A stretch of 64,000 nt of DNA from Octopus sinensis. Taxonomy: Eukaryota. The first letter of the stretch is position 1. Each line of letters begins with the position of its first letter. The DNA is taken from positions 65,162,001-65,226,000 of the forward strand of contig NC_043006.1 of NCBI RefSeq assembly GCF_006345805.1, given 5' to 3'. The notes beneath the pieces are model-generated. The model saw only the letters and a list, made by a program, of their open reading frames with translations. It was not told the origin of the DNA and made no database searches. Positions 38,281 to 47,849 of this stretch are shown in pieces. The translations under genes and the position numbers were made by a program.

Positions 38281-41200
38281 TATGTATGTATTTGTGTCTG
38301 TTTGTCTCCCAACCATCGCTTGACAACTGATGTTGGTGTGTTTACATCCCTGTCACTTAGCGGTTTGGCAAAAAGAGACCGATAGAATAAGTACTAGGCT
38401 TACAAAGAATAAGTCCTGGGGGTCAATTTGTGGTGCTCCAGCATGGCTGCAGTCAAATGGTTGAAGCAAGTAAATGAATAAAAGAAAAGAATGTATATTA
38501 ATTTAGTATTAATATTTTAATGATAATGATAATAATTATTAAATACTATGGCTTCTCTTCTGAGCCTGTCTAGCTGTGTGATGTGTAAACTTGGTTTGCA
38601 CAAGGCCTGTACTCAGTGTCCGTTTTGTACACCCGTTATGCCCCCCCCCCATTTTAATTCATACATTAACATTTTCACTTGGCGACTCATACGCTTCCCA
38701 TGCTGTGTGTGTGAATACATATTTTGATTATAGCCTTATACCCCCTTATACTCCTCATACAGGAGTATACAGTTAAAGGTACCACATATATAAATATAAA
38801 TATTTAGGCATATAATACTTGGCAGGAAGGATAGAGTAGGTGGGTAGATAAAGTAAGAGCATGTGGTAGGGTAAGAGTTGCTGAAGTATGGAACAAACTG
38901 CTGGCATCAGTTGTTGGTTGTCGGAGCACTGCATCCTTCAAAATTTCCATGCTTCCTGAGATTCACCAACACTACACCTGATTTTCTCCTCTCCATACAC
39001 ACGCAAGCATGTATCTGACACATACACTGTTCACTTCCCAGATATTTGTACATTACTGCATATGCTTTATATGCACTTTTGACAAGTTGTGGTGCACCTG
39101 AGCACTGCATACAATAATTTCATTATTATTATTTTTTTTAAGATGGGACTTGTAATAGATAAATTAACAGTTACATTTATCTCTGCCTATGCTCCTCAGT
39201 CTGAGCAGAAGGACCAATTCTATGAGATCCTTTTGCAGACCGCCTCAACAGCAAATGATAGAGTCTTCGTTAATGTGGCTGAGGACTTCAGTGGACATGT
39301 TGGACATCATCCCCATAGATTCCAGGGAGTGCATGGGGGCTATGGTTTTGGACCTAGAAATGAGGAGGGAACAAGACTACTGGAGTTCTGTGAGGCAAAT
39401 GATCTCATGATCTGCAACACTAACTTCAAAAAACCAGCCAGCCACCTAATCACTTATCAGTCTGGTGAGTACATAAGCCAAATTGACTACCTCCTCCCCA
39501 GGTAACGAGACAGATTGATGCTTAAAAATGCAAAGTCTTTCCCAGGTGAAGAGTGTACAATCCAATATAGGTTACTAGTTAGTGACTTCAGAATTAGAGT
39601 TAGAAAGGCTTGGAGAAATAAACCAATCTGGAAAAGAAGACTATGGAAGCTCAAAGACCCAGCAAATAGACAAAAATTTAGAGGTTTACTAATGGAAGCT
39701 TCTGATGAAAGAGAGGAAGAGTTGGGGACATATAGCTTAGAGGATAACTGGAAGTTCCTGTGGGTCAATTTACTGAGGACTATGGATGGAATCTGTGGTT
39801 GGTGCAGTGTCCCAGATAGACCAAGTGTGGCATGATAGTGGAGCATGGAGGTTGAGAATGCTATAAAAGCAAAATGACAAGCCTGGAAAGACTGGAAAAA
39901 TGGTGGATGCAGAAAATTATATCAGGCAGCTAAGCATCAGGTATACATAGCAAAAGGAGTAGCTGAAGGTAAGAGATTTGCAAATGTTCTACAGCATGAG
40001 GATCAGAGATGTGAGGTGTTCAGGATTGCAAAGCGGTGTATCAGAGAAAATAAGGATGTGGTAGGTGAGAAATGTGTGCGAATGGATAATGATATGCTTG
40101 CACTTAGTGACTCAAAGAAGAAAGATGCAAGGAAGTGTCCCTATGAAGGGTTACAAAATATGGAAAATGAATGGAAGACGGAAAGTCTACTAAATATTGA
40201 ACCAATTGAGGGACCAGCCATTAGAGTTGACAACAGCATAAGAGATAAAGCAATTAAGGACAGGAAGACAGAGAAAGCCCCTGGGCCATCAGGAATCACA
40301 GCTGAGATGATTAAAATCTCTGGTGGTGTAGGATACAGCTTAGTTATCCGTATAGTTAATCAGGTTATTCAAGAGGGCACCATCCCCAATGACTGGTGTA
40401 GAAGTATTATAGGTAGCTACTACAAGAGTAAAGGTGATGCTTTAGACAGAAACAATTACAGAGGCATTAAATTGCGAGACCAAGTCATAAAAGTTATTGA
40501 TAAGGTTATAGCTCAATTGATTAGAAATAGAATTAAACTAGATGAGATGCAGTTTGGTTTTGTACCTGGGAAGAGTACCACAGGTGCCATTTTCCTAGTG
40601 AGATAGCTGCAGGAAAAGTACTTGGCCAAAAATAAGCCATTGTACTTAGCCTTCGTTGACCTGGAGAAAGCTTTTGACAGAGTTCCCCACTTTGTTATAT
40701 GGTGGTCTCTAAGGAAGTTAAGAGTAGAGGAGTGACTTGTTAGAACTGTACAAGTTATGTACAGTGGTGCTGTCAGTAAGGTGAGAGTCGGACATGAATG
40801 CAGTGATGAATTCAGCATACAGGTAGGGGTTCACCAGGGCTCAGTTCTCGGCCCACTCTTATTTATTATAGTCCCCCTGACCATAACAGAGGAATTCAAA
40901 ACTGGATACCCTGGGAACTGCTATATGCTGATAACTTTGCTCTTATTGCAGAATCTTTAGCAGAATTGGAGAAGAAATTCCAGGTATGGAAACAAAACCT
41001 GGAATCAAAGGGCCTTAAAGTTAACCAAAGACCAAAGTTGTTGTTAGTAAGAAAAAAGATAAAACTTTCTTTCTGTCAGGTAAATAGCCCTGCTCAATAT
41101 GTAAGAAAGTAGTTGGAAGAAATTTCATTTGCTGCACCCAGTGTAAACTATGGACACATAAGAGGTGCAGTGGAATCACAGGTATATTAACAGATAAAGT

Positions 41201-41321
41201 CGTCTTTGTATGTGGCAGATTTACCAGAGCAGTAAGCACTAAGAGCACACAGGACTTAGATTCCCTCAAATGCCCAGGAGGCTTTCTTGAGGTTGTAGAT
41301 AATTTCTGTTGCCTATATGAC

Positions 41322-41598
41322 TGTGATAAGTGTGGTGAAAAGGAGCGTAACAGAACAAGGAAAAGAATTAGAAGTGTAATTTGGTCTTACCTGTAGAGAT
41401 GAAGCCGGATTCGCCTTGAGCCAACTTGCTAGCGTCTTGTCGTCTTGGCGTCGTTCTCGAGTCTGACTGCCCTGGTTGATGCCGCACGTGCGTTCTGTCT
41501 CTCACTTCCGCTTCCGCCGGCGCATGCGCCCTGCGAGACCTGCAAGACCCACTTCCGCTCCCTCCATCTCTGTCACACTCCCTCATCACCACACCACA
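41322..41598 (-). repeat. 3' LTR
   Basis: Preceded on the - strand by the polypurine tract AGGGGGGCG (41607-41599). Confidence 0.95.
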
Positions 41599-41634
41599 CG
41601 CCCCCCTGATCTATAGATCACTGAACCGGCTTCC

Positions 41635-44547
41635 TCACTCGCTCCCGCACCTGAGACTGGTTTCGTAGTCAGCCAACCAGGGAGGAGGGTGCCGCTCCCT
41701 CTGTGGTCGCAGTGCGACCCTAGGACTTGTTTCTGGCGTGTTGCTGCCGACCTCGTCATCCTGTCTGTTGTTATCGTCTTGCCCACTGTTGCTTGTCCCA
41801 TCCTCCGGGGCATGGACAATCCTCCGTATGTCCAAAACGTGGCGTGGCATACCATCTACCGAGATGTTATTCTTTGAATTTACGGAGGTTATAGTCCCCT
41901 TTCCCCATTGCGATGTACACCGTGCGTTCGGAGGTTTCACCCAGACTTCCTCCCCGACCTGTACGAAGGCGTGCTCTTCCTCTGCCCCGGGTCGCATTGA
42001 TGTAGTACACGGATGCCTCCACTCGTACCTGAATATTGCCTTGTGTGGCACCGACTCCTCGGCCTGTCCTGATCTGGGCGACATGTTGTACCAAAACACG
42101 GCCTCGACTGGTGAAATGTGACCCCTCTCAGCCATGGCCTTGATGGTACGATGATGCCTTTCCACCACCCCGTTTCCACTTGGCCGGTATGCCGCCCTGA
42201 AGAAGCGGTTGACCTTCCACTCATCAAGCATTTCTCTCAGCGCCTCCGAGCGAAATGCAGTGCCGTTGTCCAGAAGCAGTTCATCCACGGGGCCTCGTTC
42301 CAGGAATATCTCGTTCAGCACTTTCGCAATTTCTTCTGCGGTTCCTGACCTCATCTCCCTCCATATGGCGAACCGCCCCGGTCCGCAGTCAACCATTGAG
42401 AGGTATGTCCCCTGCCGGTAGTGTGTTATGTCCACCGCCAGTCGTCTCCAGTCCTGGTCCACTGGAATACTTCCCGCTTCATGCACGACCGGAGCAGGGT
42501 CGATGGACTGGCACCTGTCACAACTGCTAACCACTCTCCGCACGCTCTGTCTTGTTACGTCGGAGTCGACTTTTCTGGCCAGGAACAACGTCCTGTCCAC
42601 ACCCATGTGATGCATGGTGTGCAGTCTCCGCAACTCCGAGTCGCTCAGATGGCATACTGCAGCTACATCCTGCTTCGCGTCCTCTGGCACTTGCAACCAG
42701 GCTCGCTTAACCCTGGTCAGGACGTCTGCCCTGTTCTTCTCGGAAGGCACAAAGATCACGCTCAGCTTCAGATTGAACTCAGTGGTCAGTTCACGCAGTA
42801 TCCCCAATCGACGCTTTACCAGCATCTCTGCAGCCCCTTTGGTCCGCACCCTCCGCTCATCGGTGATGACTGCCGTCGCCCAACCAAGTACAGTGGCTGA
42901 ATCAGTCCTGATTTCTATGGTGTGCAACCCCCACTTCAAGGCTAGGTTCACCCCCTTCAGCACGGCTTCCAACTCCGCCACGTTGATGTGACTGCAGTCA
43001 TCCATCTTCCTGAGCCAGGCTGCATCTTCCACCGTGACACCTCCCACTTCCAAGACAATCCCTATTGCGATGCTACTGGCGTCACACCATACGATCCCGC
43101 TCTTTGATTTGGGAACGTACCAGCTGCCCCTCACCGGGTCCTCTGTTCTTACTCTGACCAGGACTTCCTGCATCATGTCGATCGTCCTCTCCCCCACTTT
43201 ATCATTCCACTTCACTCCTTCGGCTCGTCTCTTGATGAAGCTGCATGCTGTCCGGAGCCAGCCTGCAATCGGGTAGTGTCCCACCAGCTTCCCACACACA
43301 GAGAACAGCTCCCGTCTACTCATGCTGGCGCCCAGTTCAGGGATCTCATTCCCTCGCCGGAACACCAAGGCGCCGGCTTTGTCTCTCCATAGCTTGAGGC
43401 CCAGTGCAGCACCTCCCTCCATAGCCTCTGGCGGCTTGGCGATCAGTCCAAAACTCTTCAGGTGGCCTATGACCTCCGTTGCTGGTATCACGGTTTCATC
43501 CACCAGAATGTCGTCGATGTATGAATTGGTGGCCCTTTTTACTCTGTCCACCTTCCCCAGGACGGCCTTGAGAATTGTTGCCATAATCTTTGGAGCTGAA
43601 TTCAGCCCGAATCCCAACCTGGTCAGACAGTACGTCCGGCCCCTATACCTGACGAGCTGGTACCTCCATAGTTTCTCAGCCACATGAACCTGAAGGTATG
43701 CCGACTTCAAATCGACAATCGTGGAGGCCCCCGCCGTCTGCCTCCACTCTCGCAAGGTGTCTCCGCAGACATCCGTGGCCTCGCCGCCTGTATGACACGA
43801 CACGTGGTCATTCAGCTCTCGGAAGTCGAGCACTGGCCTGACCTTACGTTTTGTGGGCTGTATCACCGCCATCAGTGGCAGGACTCCGCTCTCTTCTTTT
43901 TCCCAGGGGATCAGTATGCCCTCCTTAATCCACCGCTCCACCTCCCCCTCGAACTCACTTCTGGCATCTCCTTTTAGAGTATGCTGATAGCAGCCCACTT
44001 TGTTCTTTAACATCGGGGGCTCTCCCTTCCAGTGCCACTCCACTGTCCACCTCTCGCCATCAAAGACAGCCCGAAAATCCTGGTCTTCAATGGTGTGCGC
44101 CGCATCCATTTCCTCACGGTTGTCGTCGGTGCGTGGTGTCGCCCTACACGGCTTCCCTGCTAGCCCAAACGTTACGCCAGCCTCGTTGACGGTAACACCT
44201 CCCAGACGGGTGATCGCATCCATCCCCATCACCACGTCGATCTCGTCCACCAAGTGACCGACCACAATCGCTCGCAACGTCAGCTGAAGTCCCTGCACCA
44301 CGATCTGCGCATCCGTAACCCCTTCGCAGTGCACTTCTCTTCCGTCGACTGCCCTGACACTGCTTCCTCCACTCCACGTCTCTGCCACTTCTGTGGTCAT
44401 CAGGGTCGTCGTACAGCCCGTGTCCACCAGGGCTCGCGACATCTTCCCCTTCACCAGAATGTCGACCACAGGTAACGATGAGAAACGCGCCGCTACTAAT
44501 CCAAAGGGACAACTACCGGCGCAGTAGTCTCCCGCGGTCCGTTTCCC
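41635..44547 (-). CDS. pol: Pol polyprotein (protease, RT, RNase H, integrase), likely expressed by -1 frameshift from gag
   Basis: LVDTGC (PR); RPVLDFRELN, DLKSAY, FGLNSAP, YIDDILV (RT); WCDASS, AELEA, TDS, ADVLTR (RH); H..H..CDRC, VDITH, LDNG, VERHHRTIK (IN). The frame is uninterrupted. Confidence 0.95.
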   Translation of the reverse strand, partial: GKRTAGDYCAGSCPFGLVAARFSSLPVVDILVKGKMSRALVDTGCTTTLMTTEVAETWSGGSSVRAVDGREVHCEGVTDAQIVVQGLQLTLRAIVVGHLVDEIDVVMGMDAITRLGGVTVNEAGVTFGLAGKPCRATPRTDDNREEMDAAHTIEDQDFRAVFDGERWTVEWHWKGEPPMLKNKVGCYQHTLKGDARSEFEGEVERWIKEGILIPWEKEESGVLPLMAVIQPTKRKVRPVLDFRELNDHVSCHTGGEATDVCGDTLREWRQTAGASTIVDLKSAYLQVHVAEKLWRYQLVRYRGRTYCLTRLGFGLNSAPKIMATILKAVLGKVDRVKRATNSYIDDILVDETVIPATEVIGHLKSFGLIAKPPEAMEGGAALGLKLWRDKAGALVFRRGNEIPELGASMSRRELFSVCGKLVGHYPIAGWLRTACSFIKRRAEGVKWNDKVGERTIDMMQEVLVRVRTEDPVRGSWYVPKSKSGIVWCDASSIAIGIVLEVGGVTVEDAAWLRKMDDCSHINVAELEAVLKGVNLALKWGLHTIEIRTDSATVLGWATAVITDERRVRTKGAAEMLVKRRLGILRELTTEFNLKLSVIFVPSEKNRADVLTRVKRAWLQVPEDAKQDVAAVCHLSDSELRRLHTMHHMGVDRTLFLARKVDSDVTRQSVRRVVSSCDRCQSIDPAPVVHEAGSIPVDQDWRRLAVDITHYRQGTYLSMVDCGPGRFAIWREMRSGTAEEIAKVLNEIFLERGPVDELLLDNGTAFRSEALREMLDEWKVNRFFRAAYRPSGNGVVERHHRTIKAMAERGHISPVEAVFWYNMSPRSGQAEESVPHKAIFRYEWRHPCTTSMRPGAEEEHAFVQVGEEVWVKPPNARCTSQWGKGTITSVNSKNNISVDGMPRHVLDIRRIVHAPEDGTSNSGQDDNNRQDDEVGSNTPETSPRVALRPQRERHPPPWLADYETSLRCGSE
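44487..44547 (-). promoter_or_regulatory. -1 programmed ribosomal frameshift signal (G GGA AAC plus H-type pseudoknot)
   Basis: Slippery heptamer 44547-44541 in the gag frame; 7-nt spacer; stem GGGAGACUAC/GUAGUUGUCCC; loop GCGCCG complementary to downstream CGGCGC. Confidence 0.8.
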
Positions 44548-45251
44548 CGCAGACACTCGCTGGCCACATGCCCCGGCTCTCGGCACCGGTAGCAAATCAC
44601 CTCGGGCTTGGGCGACGCGCAGTCACGGACCATGTGTGGGCCCTGGCACCGGAAACACTGTCCCTTAAACGACCGCACGCGTTCTTTCCCCAGCCCCTCT
44701 CCGTTGCTCCTAGCTGGGCCACTTTTCGACGTTGCAGTCGCTGCTACCGACGTCGACCTGCTGCACGACACCAGTACACGTGCCCGCGATATAATCTCGG
44801 CCATCGGCATCGAACGCACGTTCGGGAGCTTCTGTAGCTCGACCGACATGATGTCGGGAAAGCCGGTCACGAACGCTAACCTGACCGTGCGTTCTAGCGA
44901 CTCTCCCTCATATCCCGCAAGTTTTGCCAACCTTCTAAGCTCGCCGGCGAACACGTCCACCTGCTGTCCTGTCCACCTCATCCTACCCAGTCGAGTGTAC
45001 GCTTCGAACATTCCTTCCGCGAAGGCCTCCATAAGTCGGATCTCCACCTTGTCCGCGCTGCGTTGGTCCGCTTCCTCCATCTCCAGATATAACGCCAACG
45101 CCGGGCCATCCAAATACAACGGCATAAAACTAGCCAGGTCAGCTATGCCGTGTAGCTTCGCCACCAACTTCACCCTCCTCAACCAAGCGACCACGTCGGT
45201 GTCGCCGCAAAACGGTGTTATAGGGTCGCGTGAAATCATAGCAGTCTGCAT
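44496..45251 (-). CDS. gag: Gag (251 aa) with two CCHC zinc knuckles
   Basis: CFRCQGPHMVRDC and CYRCREPGHVASEC; starts 53 nt after the 5' LTR. Confidence 0.92.
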   Translation of the reverse strand: MQTAMISRDPITPFCGDTDVVAWLRRVKLVAKLHGIADLASFMPLYLDGPALALYLEMEEADQRSADKVEIRLMEAFAEGMFEAYTRLGRMRWTGQQVDVFAGELRRLAKLAGYEGESLERTVRLAFVTGFPDIMSVELQKLPNVRSMPMAEIISRARVLVSCSRSTSVAATATSKSGPARSNGEGLGKERVRSFKGQCFRCQGPHMVRDCASPKPEVICYRCREPGHVASECLRGNGPRETTAPVVVPLD

Positions 45252-45292
45252 AATTTTTATTTTTTATTTTCACGAAACCGAGTGATTATTTT

Positions 45293-45304
45293 GCCGAAAT
45301 AGCT
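45293..45304 (-). promoter_or_regulatory. Non-canonical primer-binding site complementary to tRNA-Phe nt 1-12
   Basis: AGCTATTTCGGC directly follows the 5' LTR; its complement GCCGAAATAGCT is the conserved 5' end of animal tRNA-Phe(GAA). Confidence 0.7.
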
Positions 45305-45581
45305 TGTGATAAGTGTGGTGAAAAGGAGCGTAACAGAACAAGGAAAAGAATTAGAAGTGTAATTTGGTCTTACCTGTAGAGATGAAGCCGGATTCGCCTT
45401 GAGCCAACTTGCTAGCGTCTTGTCGTCTTGGCGTCGTTCTCGAGTCTGACTGCCCTGGTTGATGCCGCACGTGCGTTCTGTCTCTCACTTCCGCTTCCGC
45501 CGGCGCATGCGCCCTGCGAGACCTGCAAGACCCACTTCCGCTCCCTCCATCTCTGTCACACTCCCTCATCACCACACCACA
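45305..45581 (-). repeat. 5' LTR
   Basis: TGTGGTGTGG..CTTATCACA on the - strand; identical to 41322-41598 by eye. Confidence 0.95.
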
Positions 45582-47011
45582 ATGACCAAATTAGCAATGG
45601 TGGAGGATGTTCTGAAAGTATTGATTCTAGAATAAAAATTGGGTGGAGGAAGTTCAGAGAGCTATTACCTTTGTTGGCAACAAAAGGACTATCTCTCAGA
45701 GTGAAAGGTGGACTATATGGTGTTTATGTGCCAATGGCTATACTCCATGGTAGTGAGACATGGGCTCTGAATGCTGAAGACATGCATAGACTGGAGAGAA
45801 ATGAAGGTAGTATGTTCCATTGGATGTGCAACATCTGTGAACAGGTACGGCAAAATGCAAATGTATTGAGAGAAAGATTGAGCATAAGAGGAATCAAATG
45901 TAGCATGCAAGAGAGAAGACTATGTTGGTTTGGATATGTGATATGTATGAATGAGGACAGCTGCATAAAGAAGTGCTGATCACTGGAAGTAGATCATACC
46001 CATGGAAGAGGGAGACCCAGGAAGACATGGAATGAAGTGGTAAGGACCAATCTCAGGATGTTGGGCCTCATTGAGGAAATGACAATGGACTGAGATATCT
46101 GGTGATATGAAGTTCTTGAGAAGACCCATCCACGTCAGTGAAACTGAATTCTAGAAGCACTGTGTATCTCACCCACATTTAACAAGAAAATTTCTCACAC
46201 ACCCTACCACAACAAACCAAATTACATCTCTGCCTCTCTTTCTCACTTTTCCACTTCATGCACTAGGCTTACCTCTCACTCCCCAATCCTGTCCTCTTGG
46301 CCCTGTACCACTGTATCTTTGCTCTCTGCTAGCTTCCAACCTGTGTCCCATCCACGCCTTGTCTCACTATATTATTGCTTATGCCTGGCACTTTGCCATC
46401 ATCTAAATCCTGCTGTCTCTCTCTCTCTCCCTCTCTTTCTCCTGCACTTCCCTCAGGTGGATAACTATATATTTCCTTTGTGGCAGCGCACCTGTTTCTG
46501 TCTCTGCCTCACAATAATCTTACATCATCTAGCCTCAAATCGTTTCCTCCTCCAATTCCCCCTCCCCTTTCAAGAGTTTTTTTTCTTTTTTGTCTTGCAA
46601 GTACTTAGTGACCCTGTCAGTGCAGGTGCCACCTAAAAGCACTCAGTCCACACTGTGAAGTGGTTGGCATTTGGAAGGGCATCCAGCTGTAAAAACCTTG
46701 CCAAAACTGGCCTCGCCTGTGCTGGTGCCACATAAAAAGCACTAAATCCACTCTACTGAGTGGTCGGTGTTAGGAAGGGCATTCAGCTGTAAAAATGCTG
46801 CCAAAACAATTACAGAAGTCTGGTGCAAGCTTCTGCCTGGCCAGCACTTGTCAAACTGTCCCACCCATGCCAGCATGGAAGGTGGACATTAAATGATGAT
46901 GATGTATACATATATCTGTATGTTTTCCTGTATACAGACACAGTCATACATAACACATAAATATATATTATACTATATATACAAACGTACATTTATGTCT
47001 CTGTGTGTATG

Positions 47012-47043
<32 letters not shown>

Positions 47044-47179
47044 ATTTAGAGTAAGCAGTAAAAGGTTGTCATTATAGTACTTGGAGTTTTGAATGTCTGA
47101 GCAAAGAGCTATGATACCTTCTTGTCAGCTATTAATCGAGGTCTCATTCTTTTGTGTTTACTTTTTATTATTATTGTTA

Positions 47180-47735
47180 TTGAGTGAGAGAGCAGTTCAT
47201 GCCATCAAAGTGACACTGGGGTAAAATATACGAAGCTCAATATACCCATCATGACTACCCGTCTGATAAGGGTACACCAGGCACATGCATCACAACCATA
47301 TGTGCGCGACATGGTGATTTCATATCAAGATAAACAGCACATGACCTTGCAGGTGGGGCCCAGTTAGAATTTTCTTCAGGTTGAGTAGCCCATCCCGCTC
47401 AAAAGGTCCCTGAATAAGGGTTGTCTAAGGATGTTGAAAGAACCACCCATGTTTCCAGAGGTGAATTATTCAAACCCCAAAGAATCCCTCTCAACACATG
47501 GCTATGATGCTCCCCCACTACTTCTGCTCGTGATCAGAGATGCACATATCGTCAGCCACTAAGGGACATGCTCAACTGGTTACGGTCAAACAACTGACAA
47601 GCAAATCTGTGGTATTGAGCAGAATATTTGCTGTAGCCCATCTTTTATACCAAGACAAAACAATGTACATGATAACACTTCCAATCAGTTAAGATCAGAA
47701 GCCATGAGAACCACTGCCTGGTACTGCATCAGGGC

Positions 47736-47740
<5 letters not shown>
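47180..47740 (-). mobile_element. Unclassified about 560-bp interspersed repeat flanked by (TAA/ATT)n; further copies about 34155-34600 and 35630-36170
   Basis: Shared ATCAAAGTGACACTGGGG..TACCCATCATGAC..CTGATAAGGGTACACCAGGCACATGCATCACAACC..; strand inferred only from the (TAA)n tail. Confidence 0.6.
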
Positions 47741-47768
<28 letters not shown>

Positions 47769-47780
47769 GTATATATATAT

Positions 47781-47822
<42 letters not shown>

Positions 47823-47849
47823 ATTATATATAGAGAGAGCTAGATAGAT

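Larger units (their letters stand above)
41322..45581 (-). mobile_element. Intact Ty3/Gypsy LTR retrotransposon, 4260 bp
   Basis: Identical 277-bp TG..CA LTRs, 5-bp TSD ATGAC (41317-41321 and 45582-45586), gag plus pol in PR-RT-RH-IN order. Confidence 0.97.
39150..46135 (+). mobile_element. Near full-length decayed RTE LINE ORF2 (APE, RT, PHD-like finger), split by the Gypsy element
   Basis: ISAYAPQ, NEEGTRLLEFC, SQIDY (endonuclease); KAPGPSGI, NYRGIKL, QFGFVPGKST, AFVDLEKAFDRV, GVHQGSVLGPLLF (RT). It resumes after 45586 (GWRKFRELLPLL, LHGSETW) and has multiple stops. Confidence 0.92.

Noticed and set aside
41689-45285. Plus-strand ORFs inside the Gypsy element (e.g. 44608-45285, 42421-42900) and the 74-aa LTR ORFs as env or accessory genes
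   Set aside because: These are antisense shadows of GC-rich coding sequence with no recognisable motifs; there is no room for an env gene.
45285-45300. Canonical tRNA-Phe PBS (TGGTGCCGAAA..)
   Set aside because: TGCCGAAA is on the wrong strand relative to gag/pol and lacks TGG; the resemblance arises only from acceptor-stem complementarity.
45305-45581. Tf1/sushi-type self-priming of the Gypsy element
   Set aside because: The complement of the PBS (GCCGAAATAGCT) does not occur in the element-strand LTR, so the transcript 5' end cannot supply the primer.
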